Of a stretch of 24,000 bases of DNA, positions 1 through 8,161 are shown piece by piece; position 1 is the stretch's first letter; every line of letters begins with the position of its first letter. The notes under the pieces were generated by a model. That model was given only the letters and a program-made list of their open reading frames with translations. It did not search any database and was not told the DNA's origin. Made by a program: the position numbers and the translations under genes. The stretch is from Spirochaetia bacterium (lineage in GTDB: Bacteria; Spirochaetota; Spirochaetia; CADAEX01), in the NCBI GenBank assembly GCA_963662795.1, contig OY759746.1:350331-374330 (forward strand), read 5' to 3'.

Positions 1-13
1 ATTCTCTCTTCCG

Positions 14-22
14 TGGTATAAT
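14..22 (+). promoter_or_regulatory. Possible extended -10 promoter element (TGgTATAAT) upstream of the first gene
   Basis: tggtataat at 14-22 matches TGnTATAAT and lies 76 nt upstream of the ATG at 98. No clear -35 element. Confidence 0.3.
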
Positions 23-97
23 TCACCTGACTGTTTATAAAAATTTATTCTTTGCAAATTAAAAGACCTTAAATTAAAATAGTTTCAGGGGGTCATT

Positions 98-1270
98 ATG
101 ACTAAAGAAGAAAAAGCCGCGATACTCGCAGACCTCACAGATTTCGACACTGTCTTCCGGGAAATAAAGGAATTATTCCTTTCAAATTTAGTAATGATCA
201 GTGAAATACCGGCCCCTACTTTCGAGGAGCAGGAGCGTGTAGGTTTTCTGCTTAATAAATTCTCTGAAGCCAACCTTATCAACACCTCTACAGACGAATA
301 CGGCAATGCCCTGGGGATACATCCAGGGACAGGAGAGGGGAAGAACATACTTCTTGTCTCAAATATTGATACTTCAGTGGATTTTACAGTTGACCACTCT
401 GTAAGTGTCGGCCCCGGAACAGTAACCGGCCCGGCGGTGGGCAATAACGCGGTAGGGCTTGCGGCAATAACCGTACTGCCTTCTCTTCTTGATAAACTCG
501 GCATTACGCTTAAATCAAACCTTATTCTGATGGGATCGGCCAGAAGCCTGGGAAAAGGGAGCCTGGGGGGCTTGAGGTTTTTTCTGAAAAACACCCGGCA
601 CCCGATAAAAGCGGGAATATGCCTTGAGGGGATGAAGCTGGGAGAGATAAGCCACAGATCGCTTGGAATGATGAGGTGTGAAATAATCTACAACACACCT
701 GATAATTTTGACTGGAGAATGTTCGGCAGAATTGGAGCTATAGAAACTCTGAGTGAGATTATAAGCAGGATCAGGGAGATCCCCATTCCCAGCAAGCCGA
801 GGACATCAATTTCCTTCGGTTCGATAGAAAGCGGGACAGAGTACAGTTTTGTCTCAAGCGAGGGAATAGTAAGATTTGAGTTAAGAAGCGAATCGGAAGA
901 TATGGTAAGCATGCTTAAGCATGAAATCCAGAACATTGTCGCGGAAGTATCTTCAAGTTACGGTATTGAGGTTTCCATGAATGTAGTCGGGCAAAGAAAA
1001 CCGGGCGGTATCCCTTTTACACATTCCCTTACAACTTCCGTAAGAGGAATAATGGATGCACTTAATATCAAGTACTCTGTACAGCCTACAACCTCCGAGC
1101 TTTCCGCTTTTATTGACAGCGGAATTCCGGCAATTACCATAGGCATAACCAACGGCACGAGAAAAGATAAAAATACCGAGGAGATTGAAATTGAGCCTGT
1201 CTCCCAGGGGCTTAAAACACTATTGGGGCTTATACTTTCTGTTGACAGGGAGGAATATGATGAATCCTGA
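98..1270 (+). CDS. M20 (ArgE/DapE/CPG2-type) peptidase-fold protein with substituted metal and catalytic residues; likely a pseudoenzyme
   Basis: The 390-aa ORF has a GGGGG RBS-like run before the ATG. It has M20 architecture (ISEIPAPTFEEQE...GNALGIHPG...ILLVSNIDTSV). The canonical H-x-D reads N-I-D, SDMK reads NNAV, GEEETG reads GSARSLG, and the C-terminal His is absent. The comparison is to the canonical paralog at 16422-17522. Confidence 0.7.
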   Translation: MTKEEKAAILADLTDFDTVFREIKELFLSNLVMISEIPAPTFEEQERVGFLLNKFSEANLINTSTDEYGNALGIHPGTGEGKNILLVSNIDTSVDFTVDHSVSVGPGTVTGPAVGNNAVGLAAITVLPSLLDKLGITLKSNLILMGSARSLGKGSLGGLRFFLKNTRHPIKAGICLEGMKLGEISHRSLGMMRCEIIYNTPDNFDWRMFGRIGAIETLSEIISRIREIPIPSKPRTSISFGSIESGTEYSFVSSEGIVRFELRSESEDMVSMLKHEIQNIVAEVSSSYGIEVSMNVVGQRKPGGIPFTHSLTTSVRGIMDALNIKYSVQPTTSELSAFIDSGIPAITIGITNGTRKDKNTEEIEIEPVSQGLKTLLGLILSVDREEYDES

Positions 1271-2234
1271 CAAATGGCTTAAGGAAAACACATATCACCA
1301 CTCAGCCTTCGCGAATATTGCGGACCTTGTAAAGGAAAAGAAGAAAAAGGGATATAAAATTTCACTGTGCATCCCTACCCTTAACGAAGAAAAGACTATA
1401 GGGAAAGAGATTATCATATTCAAGTCCGAACTGATGAACAGGGTGCCTCTTGTCGATGAGATTGCCGTTATTGATTCCGGGTCCACAGACAAGACAAGGG
1501 AAATCGCCTCGGAATACGGGGCTGACGTATATCTTTCAAACGAGATACTTCCCGGAATAGAAAGCAAAAAGGGAAAGGGAGAGAACCTGTGGAAGGCAAT
1601 ATATCAGCTTGACGGAGATATTATTGTATACATAGACGCCGATATAAAGAACATCCACCCGAGGTTCGTATACGGACTTTTGGGGCCTCTTATTTACAGG
1701 GACGAGGTGATGTATGTAAAGGCATTTTACGACAGGCCCCTTGCCTTTTCAGACGGGATAAGGCCCACCGGGGGAGGAAGGGTTACAGAGATACTGATCA
1801 GACCCCTTTTTTCCCTTTTCTATCCCGAACTGACCCCGATTATACAGCCCCTTTCAGGGGAATATGCGGTGCGGCGTGAAGTCCTTGAAAAGATACCTTT
1901 TCCGATTGGGTACGGAGTTGAGACATCCCATCTGCTTGATATCTACCATGAATGGGGAATGCAGGCATTTGCCCAGACAGACCTTGACCAGAGGGTCCAC
2001 AGGAACCAGCCGACAAGGGATCTCGGGAAAATGGCTTTCGGCATTCTGCAGGCATTCTTCAAAAGGCTGTCTGCCCACGATATTGTTCAGTTCAAGGAAT
2101 TCGAGTCCCAGGTACTCATGCAGTTTCAGGCGCATGACAACAATTTCGAAGTAATTGAAATCCATATCAAGGAGGAAGAGCGCCCTCCGATGATAGATAT
2201 ACCTGAATACAGGGAAAAAAGAGGAATAAAGTAA
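1257..2234 (+). CDS. gpgS: Glucosyl-3-phosphoglycerate synthase-like glycosyltransferase (GT81 family)
   Basis: The ATG at 1257 is preceded by GGGAGG and overlaps the upstream stop (1268-1270). GT-A features: ISLCIPTLNEEKTIG, AVIDSGSTDKT, a DAD motif in YIDADIKN, GGGRVTE, and PLSGEYAVRREVLEKIPFPIGYGVE. The ORF-track start at 1185 is rejected. Confidence 0.7.
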   Translation: MMNPDKWLKENTYHHSAFANIADLVKEKKKKGYKISLCIPTLNEEKTIGKEIIIFKSELMNRVPLVDEIAVIDSGSTDKTREIASEYGADVYLSNEILPGIESKKGKGENLWKAIYQLDGDIIVYIDADIKNIHPRFVYGLLGPLIYRDEVMYVKAFYDRPLAFSDGIRPTGGGRVTEILIRPLFSLFYPELTPIIQPLSGEYAVRREVLEKIPFPIGYGVETSHLLDIYHEWGMQAFAQTDLDQRVHRNQPTRDLGKMAFGILQAFFKRLSAHDIVQFKEFESQVLMQFQAHDNNFEVIEIHIKEEERPPMIDIPEYREKRGIK

Positions 2235-2248
2235 GGACTTTATTCCTC
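2221..2248 (+). terminator. Hairpin with a 10-bp stem spanning the gpgS stop codon; possible terminator between convergent genes
   Basis: gaggaataaa (2221-2230) pairs with tttattcctc (2239-2248). A second small hairpin aagcag/ctgctt lies at 2266-2280. There is no clear U-tract. Confidence 0.4.
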
Positions 2249-2336
2249 AATAATTACGAATAACAAAGCAGTGCCTGCTTAAGGACTACAGCACCGCAGA
2301 CTAAATCCCTTACCGCAGTTTTTAACCTGATCAGTT

Positions 2337-5300
2337 TCACCTGCCGCTTTTTTTAAAAAGGGGGTCTGCTCCTATCGTGCCTGTTATCTTCCTGATGTAG
2401 TTTTCAGACCCGGCATCGGCGAGAGTCTCCCTGCACTTTTCAATTTTCTTTTTTAAGTCAAGCTTAAGCGAAAGCTCCCTGTTCTCTTCAGCGGAATCAA
2501 AATCGGTAATGTACTCAATCAGGTTCTTCCAGTGCTTAATCTCCCTCTGCTGCTTGAGGAGAAGCCTTTCTTTGTACCAGCTGCTTTCAAGCACATAATC
2601 CCGCTCAAAAAGTCCCCTTATTTCAGGGTCGCTTACATCCTTTCCCTCAAACCGGCCGTATGCCATAATATGAATCAGGGCTTTAATCGGCGGTATCGCT
2701 GAATCAACGCTTCCGTCCTCAAAATACATCAGAGCGACCTGTCTCTGGCTTTCAATTATGTAATTGACCCCTTCAATAAACGCGTCAATGTTCTGCCTTT
2801 CAGGCTTAAGCATGTCCTTGTTGAACACGGCAAGGGGTTCATCAAATATACGTCCGAGATAGTTAAAAAGGAATGTCTCTGTAATCCTGTAACCGAGCCT
2901 GCTTGTAAGGACTTTCTCCCCCTTCCACTCAAAGTCTTCAATCTTTTCAAGAGAGCCTTCGGCTATAAGTTTTTCAGGGTCCCTCTCGTTATAATCAAGC
3001 CTGCTCCAAATCTCCGGGATAAGGATGCTTATGTCGTGGTCAAAGCGGGTATAGCTTCCTACCCATCCGGCTACTGACGTAAAACCTGAATAGCCGGTGA
3101 GAATGAATGAAAGGAGGGCATTGTTAAGGTCTGTGACGGCCGAGAGCATATTGAAAGGCCCCTTGGTAAGGGCCCCTTCGGAACCCGCCCCGGTGGTTGA
3201 GGGGGATTTTCCCGACAGGCTGCAGATAAAATCCATAAAAAGCTCAGGCAGCTCCTGATAGTGGATCGGGTTATAGACACTGAGGCCCCTGATCCCTTTA
3301 CGGGAATCAGGGCGGTTGTTTCTTCTTGACGGAAGGACCGCTGCAACAGGAGTATAGACCGCCTTTTCAGGCGGAATCTTTCTGAACAGCCTTGTGCCCA
3401 TTTCCCCGATATAATAGGACCTTGGCTTTGTTATCTCCGGCCTCACCTGAAGGTAGCGGGGGTTTGTGCTTACAATGCCGTCCACCATTCTCGGGTGGGA
3501 CGGTGTTATAAACCATGTCCCCTCCCGGCTCTCCGCCCCGTCCCTGATTATTTTTTTGATGGGGTCTGTGTATTCATCAAAGCTTATCGCGTTTTCAATA
3601 AGCTCTTTTGCGTGTGTTTTATTCAGGGGCTGATAGTTGGAGATAAAATTATTATCCCCGGCAAGGTCCGCCTCCGCCTCTATATCGTATCCCCTGTGGA
3701 TTGCCTCATCCGGCCTCTGGAAAAGGCGGTATTCGCAGTTGCGCAGTATTTTCAGGCTCCTGCCGCCATAGCGTTTGGGAAGACTGTCAAACAGGCCGGA
3801 ATCAAGGGTAATTGAAACAGTAATATCATCTTCCTGCTGCAGCTTCTCTGAGGCGATAAAATCTGTCCTTAATTTATGGATATACCATGAGTTATCCGGG
3901 GCGAATCCTACCCTGAGGAAACTGGCTATTATCTGCCTTCCGTCAAAGAAGAGCGCGTTGCCCTCCCTGCCGTTTATTATGCGGACGCTGAAATGCTCCT
4001 TCCAGTTGTTCTCCCAGTCGGGGCGGTAAAAGCGCTTCACAAACAGGGCAAGGGCCTTGATCCTGTTGGGAAAGGAGTTGATAAAATAATTATACTCATC
4101 CGTATAATGGGGCGAGTGATTGAGCAGCTTTATTACAGAACCAAGCGATCTTCTCGGGTCAAGGAAAGGCCTGCTCGCCCTGGTGCGCTTTTCATCGCCC
4201 TTCCATCTTCCCTTGTAGTCATAGTTAAATAGTTTCTCGACAAGGCTGAAATCCTCGGTAAAGTTATTTATATAGAAGGTATCGTAGATCACGGAGTTGA
4301 GCAGTGATTTGGAAATTTCAGATTTTCCCCCGCCTGAGACTGTAAAGGGTTTGTGGCACAGTGTCCCCTCGGACGCGGTTCCGATAAGGCGCCATACCGG
4401 GGCTATGGGGTGTTTTTCCATCTGGACCTTGCTGCCGTCAGGGAGAATATATGTTTTATCAGGCAGGAGTTTTATCTTTATCTCTTTGTTTTTATACTCC
4501 CAGGTAATATCCTGCTTGTAGAGGCTGAATTCGGCGAATTCAGGCAGATAAACAATTGAAGGATATTCCCTGTCTATTCCGTAATTTTCCTCATCCCTCA
4601 GGTGCATCCTTGCGCTGTAGAGTTTTTTAACCTCTTCAAACGTATGAGTCTTTATATCGCAGTAATAATGCTCACCAAGGCTCCGCCTCGGGAATACCAG
4701 CGCGCCGCCTGCATGCTCTTCTTCGGCAAGACCCAGGAGGTTCGCGGCAAAGGATATCTGTGTTTTAACCTCTTTCTTGGTGTAGCCAAAGTAGTTATCC
4801 GCTATAAGGGTTATTACAACACCCTCTTCGTTCCTGCATGAGAGCTTGAAGGCCCTTCCGTCATTATAAAGCTCATCCTCTTTTTCCCAGTACATCTCGT
4901 CCTTTATCTGCCGCGGAGTCGCGTCCTTTTTATTCGGAAGGCCGAGCTCTTTTTTGGTAAACCGGGTTATATGGGGAGCAAGAATTATGCAGCCGGTGTG
5001 GCCGCTCCACCTTTCGATATCAAGCGCTGAATCATTTTCAACAAGCCCGGGGTCACCTGCGTTTCCGAAGATAGATTCTACAAAATCGATATTGCTTACA
5101 AGAGAACCGGGGGCAAAATACCTTATCTCCATTCTTTTCTCGCTCATGATGCCGGCAACCTCAGGCTGGACAAGGGGCTTTAAATACACAGAGACAAAAA
5201 GCTTTGCCTTCTCATGCTGGTCGGCGGTAAAGGGAAGCAGCATGAGGTCATCAGGGGGATTAACAGCTTCCTTAAGCAGTCTTATAAAAGCGACTTTCGG

Positions 5301-5813
5301 GACCTCTTTTTTATCAGGAGGAACAGGAAGCCCCCCTTCAACGATATGGAAAGTCCCCACAGTCGTCCTTTTATCGCTTTTGGGGTTATGAAGCACCCCC
5401 TGCTTTATCCTGTAGGATTCAACATAATTATTCAAAAACTCATTCTTCCCGGGGGGAATGCTGAGCTGGCGGGCAAGCCCGTACCTGTCAAGGACAAAGG
5501 TCCCTGTAGGGATGTTTGATACTTCCTCCCCCGCGTCACTGAAATACCTCTTTAAAAAGCTGTTAAGCCTCCTGTCCGCGGCGCAGAGATAGTTCTTTAA
5601 AAGCCTGTTTCTCTGGTTGTAGTTATGGATAAGGTTCTGGGCAATCTTGATAAACCCGGCCGCCGACAGATTCTCCTTTTCATCCTCTTCACAGGTAACA
5701 CAGGCGAATCCGCGGTAGGGCTTGCCCATAGCGGCAAGCTTGAAATTTATGTATCTCTCAAGTTCCGGTTCATCTTTTGAATCTATCATTCCTAGATAGG
5801 GAAATTTATCCAT
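2337..5813 (-). CDS. Large cytoplasmic enzyme, candidate PPi-dependent phosphoenolpyruvate carboxykinase (EC 4.1.1.38 type)
   Basis: Uninterrupted 1158-aa ORF with a GAGGT RBS. Its size matches the roughly 130 kDa PPi-PEPCK family, and it has a P-loop-like VSGGGKSE and KSDKRTTVGTFHIV. The family assignment is from memory of the family and has not been verified by alignment. Confidence 0.5.
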   Translation of the reverse strand: MDKFPYLGMIDSKDEPELERYINFKLAAMGKPYRGFACVTCEEDEKENLSAAGFIKIAQNLIHNYNQRNRLLKNYLCAADRRLNSFLKRYFSDAGEEVSNIPTGTFVLDRYGLARQLSIPPGKNEFLNNYVESYRIKQGVLHNPKSDKRTTVGTFHIVEGGLPVPPDKKEVPKVAFIRLLKEAVNPPDDLMLLPFTADQHEKAKLFVSVYLKPLVQPEVAGIMSEKRMEIRYFAPGSLVSNIDFVESIFGNAGDPGLVENDSALDIERWSGHTGCIILAPHITRFTKKELGLPNKKDATPRQIKDEMYWEKEDELYNDGRAFKLSCRNEEGVVITLIADNYFGYTKKEVKTQISFAANLLGLAEEEHAGGALVFPRRSLGEHYYCDIKTHTFEEVKKLYSARMHLRDEENYGIDREYPSIVYLPEFAEFSLYKQDITWEYKNKEIKIKLLPDKTYILPDGSKVQMEKHPIAPVWRLIGTASEGTLCHKPFTVSGGGKSEISKSLLNSVIYDTFYINNFTEDFSLVEKLFNYDYKGRWKGDEKRTRASRPFLDPRRSLGSVIKLLNHSPHYTDEYNYFINSFPNRIKALALFVKRFYRPDWENNWKEHFSVRIINGREGNALFFDGRQIIASFLRVGFAPDNSWYIHKLRTDFIASEKLQQEDDITVSITLDSGLFDSLPKRYGGRSLKILRNCEYRLFQRPDEAIHRGYDIEAEADLAGDNNFISNYQPLNKTHAKELIENAISFDEYTDPIKKIIRDGAESREGTWFITPSHPRMVDGIVSTNPRYLQVRPEITKPRSYYIGEMGTRLFRKIPPEKAVYTPVAAVLPSRRNNRPDSRKGIRGLSVYNPIHYQELPELFMDFICSLSGKSPSTTGAGSEGALTKGPFNMLSAVTDLNNALLSFILTGYSGFTSVAGWVGSYTRFDHDISILIPEIWSRLDYNERDPEKLIAEGSLEKIEDFEWKGEKVLTSRLGYRITETFLFNYLGRIFDEPLAVFNKDMLKPERQNIDAFIEGVNYIIESQRQVALMYFEDGSVDSAIPPIKALIHIMAYGRFEGKDVSDPEIRGLFERDYVLESSWYKERLLLKQQREIKHWKNLIEYITDFDSAEENRELSLKLDLKKKIEKCRETLADAGSENYIRKITGTIGADPLFKKSGR

Positions 5814-5934
5814 TTTAACCTCAAATTATTTTCTTTTTATAGTATATATTCTATAACAGATTGCTGATATTTTTAAAAGATAACAGATCAATTGTTAGAT
5901 TATTATGAAAAATACTGAAAACAGGTGATAGCCC

Positions 5935-6270
5935 ATGGAAAATATAAAACTCCCGCCCGACAGGGTGCTGCTTGCCCTTGTAGTAAAATCAGACAGCCCT
6001 GAAATGCGGCGCAGGCTTTCTTCCCTTAAAGACCGCGATATCGCGACTTCCCTCACCTATTTTTCGGAATTCGAGAGAGGCATTATCTTTTCAAAGCTGC
6101 CTCCTGCCAAAAAAGACCGCGTCAGGGAAGCAATTGAGAGGAACGCTGCGGTAAGGTATGAGGATTACAGTAAAATCATAAAAGGGGTGATATCATATCT
6201 TTCAGCCGCAGGCGGCAGCGGAGGGGGAAATACTGTCCCCGGCTCCTGGTACAGACCGGGAAGGAAATAA
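5935..6270 (+). CDS. Small hypothetical protein with a helical FliG/MgtE-N-like region and a Gly-rich tail
   Basis: The 111-aa ORF has an AGGTGA RBS 6 nt upstream. ALVVKSDSPEMRRRLSSLKDRD resembles FliG/MgtE_N helical repeats. The function is unknown. Confidence 0.45.
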   Translation: MENIKLPPDRVLLALVVKSDSPEMRRRLSSLKDRDIATSLTYFSEFERGIIFSKLPPAKKDRVREAIERNAAVRYEDYSKIIKGVISYLSAAGGSGGGNTVPGSWYRPGRK

Positions 6271-6330
6271 ACTGCAGGTTTTTATAATTATCAAGTCTGA
6301 TCTCAGGCACAACCAGGAGATTTCATAAGA

Positions 6331-7186
6331 TTATTTGCTATTTATTATTTCCTTTACAGAGCATACAAGATTGTTATAAAGAGACGGGGCTTTTTCAAGG
6401 AATTTCTCTATTTGAGGGTATCTGATATCAAGATACTCATGGGCAGGAATGTTTCTGAACCTTGAAAAATCAGCCAGCTCTCCGGCAGCAGATTCACCTA
6501 TCTGTTCTATATGTATCAAATCGCAATAATATTTCCCTGTAAGTCTGAGGCACGCTCTGCCGGCCTGATGCAATAAGTATTTTGGCTATATCGATTGAAC
6601 CGTTTACAAGATTCTCTATCCATCTTTCAACATTTCGCCTCATTGATGAGTCTTCAAGGTAGCTTTTTCTGGTTAAATTCATAAACCGATGAGAATCTTC
6701 CAGTTCTGTTTCAAGAAAATCAACAAACCGGATCAGTCTTGATTTATCCGCAGGAGAAAGAGATCTGGAACGCCTTTTTACCGCAATAAAATCCTCTGCA
6801 AAATACCTGTATTCTTCTGCAAGATCTGTAACAGCTAAAAAATGCCTTGAGTAAAGTGACTCATCTTTTATAATTACCGGAATACCTTCAAGATATGCAG
6901 ATGCGCATATTGTGGAGGAGGCCCTGTTAAAAATGACAAGATCAACTTCACGGCCGGTAAGGCGCTCAAGATCATTCCATATCTTATCCTCACCATCAAA
7001 AAAAACATCATCTTCAAGGTCAAATCTGTTTTCCTGCGGATAAAAATAAATTCCGATATCAATATCAGATTCCTCAACCGCATTCCCTTTTGCCTCAGAA
7101 CCGAATAAAAAAGCAAATGCTATGTCATTTTTTCCGGAGATATACTCTTTTAATTCATCAATTCCGGGGTAAACTCCACTTCTCAT
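6331..7186 (-). pseudogene. Fused MNT-type nucleotidyltransferase plus HEPN/DUF86 gene, split by a 1-nt frameshift near 6515-6540
   Basis: The 230-aa ORF has the NTase motif FLFGSEAKGNAVEESDIDIGIY. Its C-terminus carries the first HEPN helices (NVERWIENLVNGSIDIAKILIA...PQTYREIL). The overlapping 80-aa ORF in another frame continues with LIHIEQIGESAAGELADFSRFRNIPAHEYLDI, which holds the R-x4-H-x-Y HEPN motif. Confidence 0.65.
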
Positions 7187-7280
7187 ATTATAAAGATAAC
7201 ACTGTTAAACTGGATTGTCGATATCGGGTCATATTTCCGGAGGATGATCATCGATCATCTGCCGGTTTTTAAGGTTCTGC

Positions 7281-7595
7281 TTAAATATAATCATCAGCAA
7301 GAAGCGGGCTGTATTTTGTGCCCTCCCTGGGTTTTTCCATCATGCCCTCAACCGACTCCCTCCATGTGGTATAGTGGGAAGTTTTTCTGTGCTCTTCCAC
7401 CGCGTCAAGGGATTTGTATACCTCTAAAAGAAGGAATTCCCCCTCTTTCCCTTCTTTTTTAAGGAGATCAAACCTGATATTGCCCGCCTCTCCTCTTGTT
7501 CCTGCCCTGTTAAGTTTTGTGGCTTCCATAAAAACATTTTCAAAGCCTTTTTTTACATATATATTCACAAGATATACAACAGTTTCCGTATTCAT
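7281..7595 (-). CDS. Antibiotic-biosynthesis-monooxygenase (ABM) domain protein, putative quinol monooxygenase type
   Basis: The 104-aa size and sequence are typical of the ferredoxin-like ABM fold: VNIYVKKGFENVFMEATKLN...GNIRFDLL...EFLLLEVYKSLDAVEEHRKTSHY. Confidence 0.7.
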   Translation of the reverse strand: MNTETVVYLVNIYVKKGFENVFMEATKLNRAGTRGEAGNIRFDLLKKEGKEGEFLLLEVYKSLDAVEEHRKTSHYTTWRESVEGMMEKPREGTKYSPLLADDYI

Positions 7596-7735
7596 AAGGA
7601 ACCCCCGATATTAACTGATCTCTATATATAATAAGAATAATTTACTTTTAAATCAAATAACAGAGAGGGAGGGCTTTTTAAAACAAGACCGCATAACATG
7701 GACTGCACCCCGGTATAAACAAAGAAAGGCAATTG

Positions 7736-7764
7736 TTGACATTCAAGCCCTTAAATGCTAATCT
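7736..7764 (+). promoter_or_regulatory. Sigma70-type promoter for tRNA-Pro
   Basis: TTGACA (7736-7741), a 17-nt spacer, then TAATCT (7759-7764). The tRNA starts 14 nt downstream of the -10 element. Confidence 0.5.
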
Positions 7765-7777
7765 CAATGCGGTTTTA

Positions 7778-7852
7778 CGGGCTGTAGCGCAGTTGGTTTA
7801 GCGTACTTGACTGGGGGTCAAGGGGTCGCCGGTTCAAATCCGGCCAGCCCGA
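7778..7852 (+). tRNA. tRNA-Pro (anticodon GGG)
   Basis: Hand-folded cloverleaf. Acceptor CGGGCTG/CAGCCCG, D-arm GCGC..GCGT, anticodon stem CTTGA/TCAAG with loop CTGGGGG (anticodon GGG), variable loop GGGTC, T-arm GCCGG-TTCAAAT-CCGGC, discriminator A. Length 75 nt; CCA is not encoded. Confidence 0.9.
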
Positions 7853-7859
7853 ATAAAAA

Positions 7860-7894
7860 AGACTGAATCGGTTTATCCGGTTCAGTCTTTTTTG
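7860..7894 (+). terminator. Rho-independent terminator after tRNA-Pro
   Basis: A 12-bp stem agactgaatcgg/ccggttcagtct (one G-U pair), loop tttat, followed by a T5 tract. Confidence 0.75.
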
Positions 7895-7900
7895 TTTTGT

Positions 7901-8048
7901 GGATAGAAGGATTTGAATCCGGCCAGCAATTTTCGTGAAGCCTAATCCGGTGTACCTTTTTTATTATGTTGATCGAAGGATTTGCCCTAAAGGATAAAAA
8001 AATCCGGCCAGGATTTTTATGCGAAGCATAATCCGGCCAGCCCGAATA
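7901..8048 (+). repeat. Imperfect tandem array of tRNA-Pro 3-prime-end fragments, possibly scars of earlier integration events
   Basis: The motif aatccggccag recurs at 7916, 8002 and 8030, and taatccgg occurs at 7943. The two units (7901-7956 and 7971-8048) share gaaggatttg, aatccggccag, atttt, g[ct]gaagc and taatccgg. The last copy, 8030-8048, is identical to tRNA positions 7837-7855. Confidence 0.6.
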
Positions 8049-8077
8049 TAATTACTTATATTATTTGGACTAATTAA

Positions 8078-8107
8078 GCTATTCAAATTATATGAATAGC
8101 TTTTTTT
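8078..8107 (+). terminator. Rho-independent terminator following the tRNA-fragment array
   Basis: An 8-bp stem gctattca/tgaatagc with loop aattata, followed by a T7 tract (8101-8107). Confidence 0.75.
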
Positions 8108-8118
8108 AGTTTACATTA

Positions 8119-8160
8119 TCAACTGTTGACATAGTATACTTTTTGAGATAATCATATAAT
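8119..8160 (+). promoter_or_regulatory. Candidate promoter and operator of the marR-hgcAB operon
   Basis: TTGACA at 8126-8131 is embedded in the palindrome TCAAC-T-GTTGA (8119-8129). TAATCA lies at 8149-8154 after a 17-nt spacer, and TATAAT at 8155-8160 directly abuts the start codon. Which -10 element is used is unclear. Confidence 0.35.
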
Positions 8161-8161
8161 C

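Noticed and set aside
85-594. A 169-aa antisense ORF in the first gene
   Set aside because: It lies entirely antisense to the M20-like ORF, which has recognisable homology. Its composition is Pro/Ser/Arg-rich, as expected for an antisense frame.
1185-1256. ORF-track start at 1185 for the glycosyltransferase
   Set aside because: The first 24 codons overlap the end of the upstream gene and give non-homologous sequence. The ATG at 1257 has a GGGAGG RBS and yields the expected GT81 N-terminus.
2756-5519. About a dozen ORFs of 64-145 aa on both strands inside 2337-5813 (for example 3495-3815, 4954-5391, 5214-5519)
   Set aside because: All are nested in, or antisense to, one uninterrupted 1158-codon ORF with coherent protein-like sequence. 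They have no RBS and show Pro/Arg/Ser-rich antisense-type composition.
6331-6573. The 80-aa ORF as an independent minimal HEPN toxin gene
   Set aside because: It contains only the catalytic helix and C-terminal part of the domain. The missing N-terminal HEPN helices are encoded in the overlapping end of the 230-aa ORF, so a frameshift in one gene explains both better.
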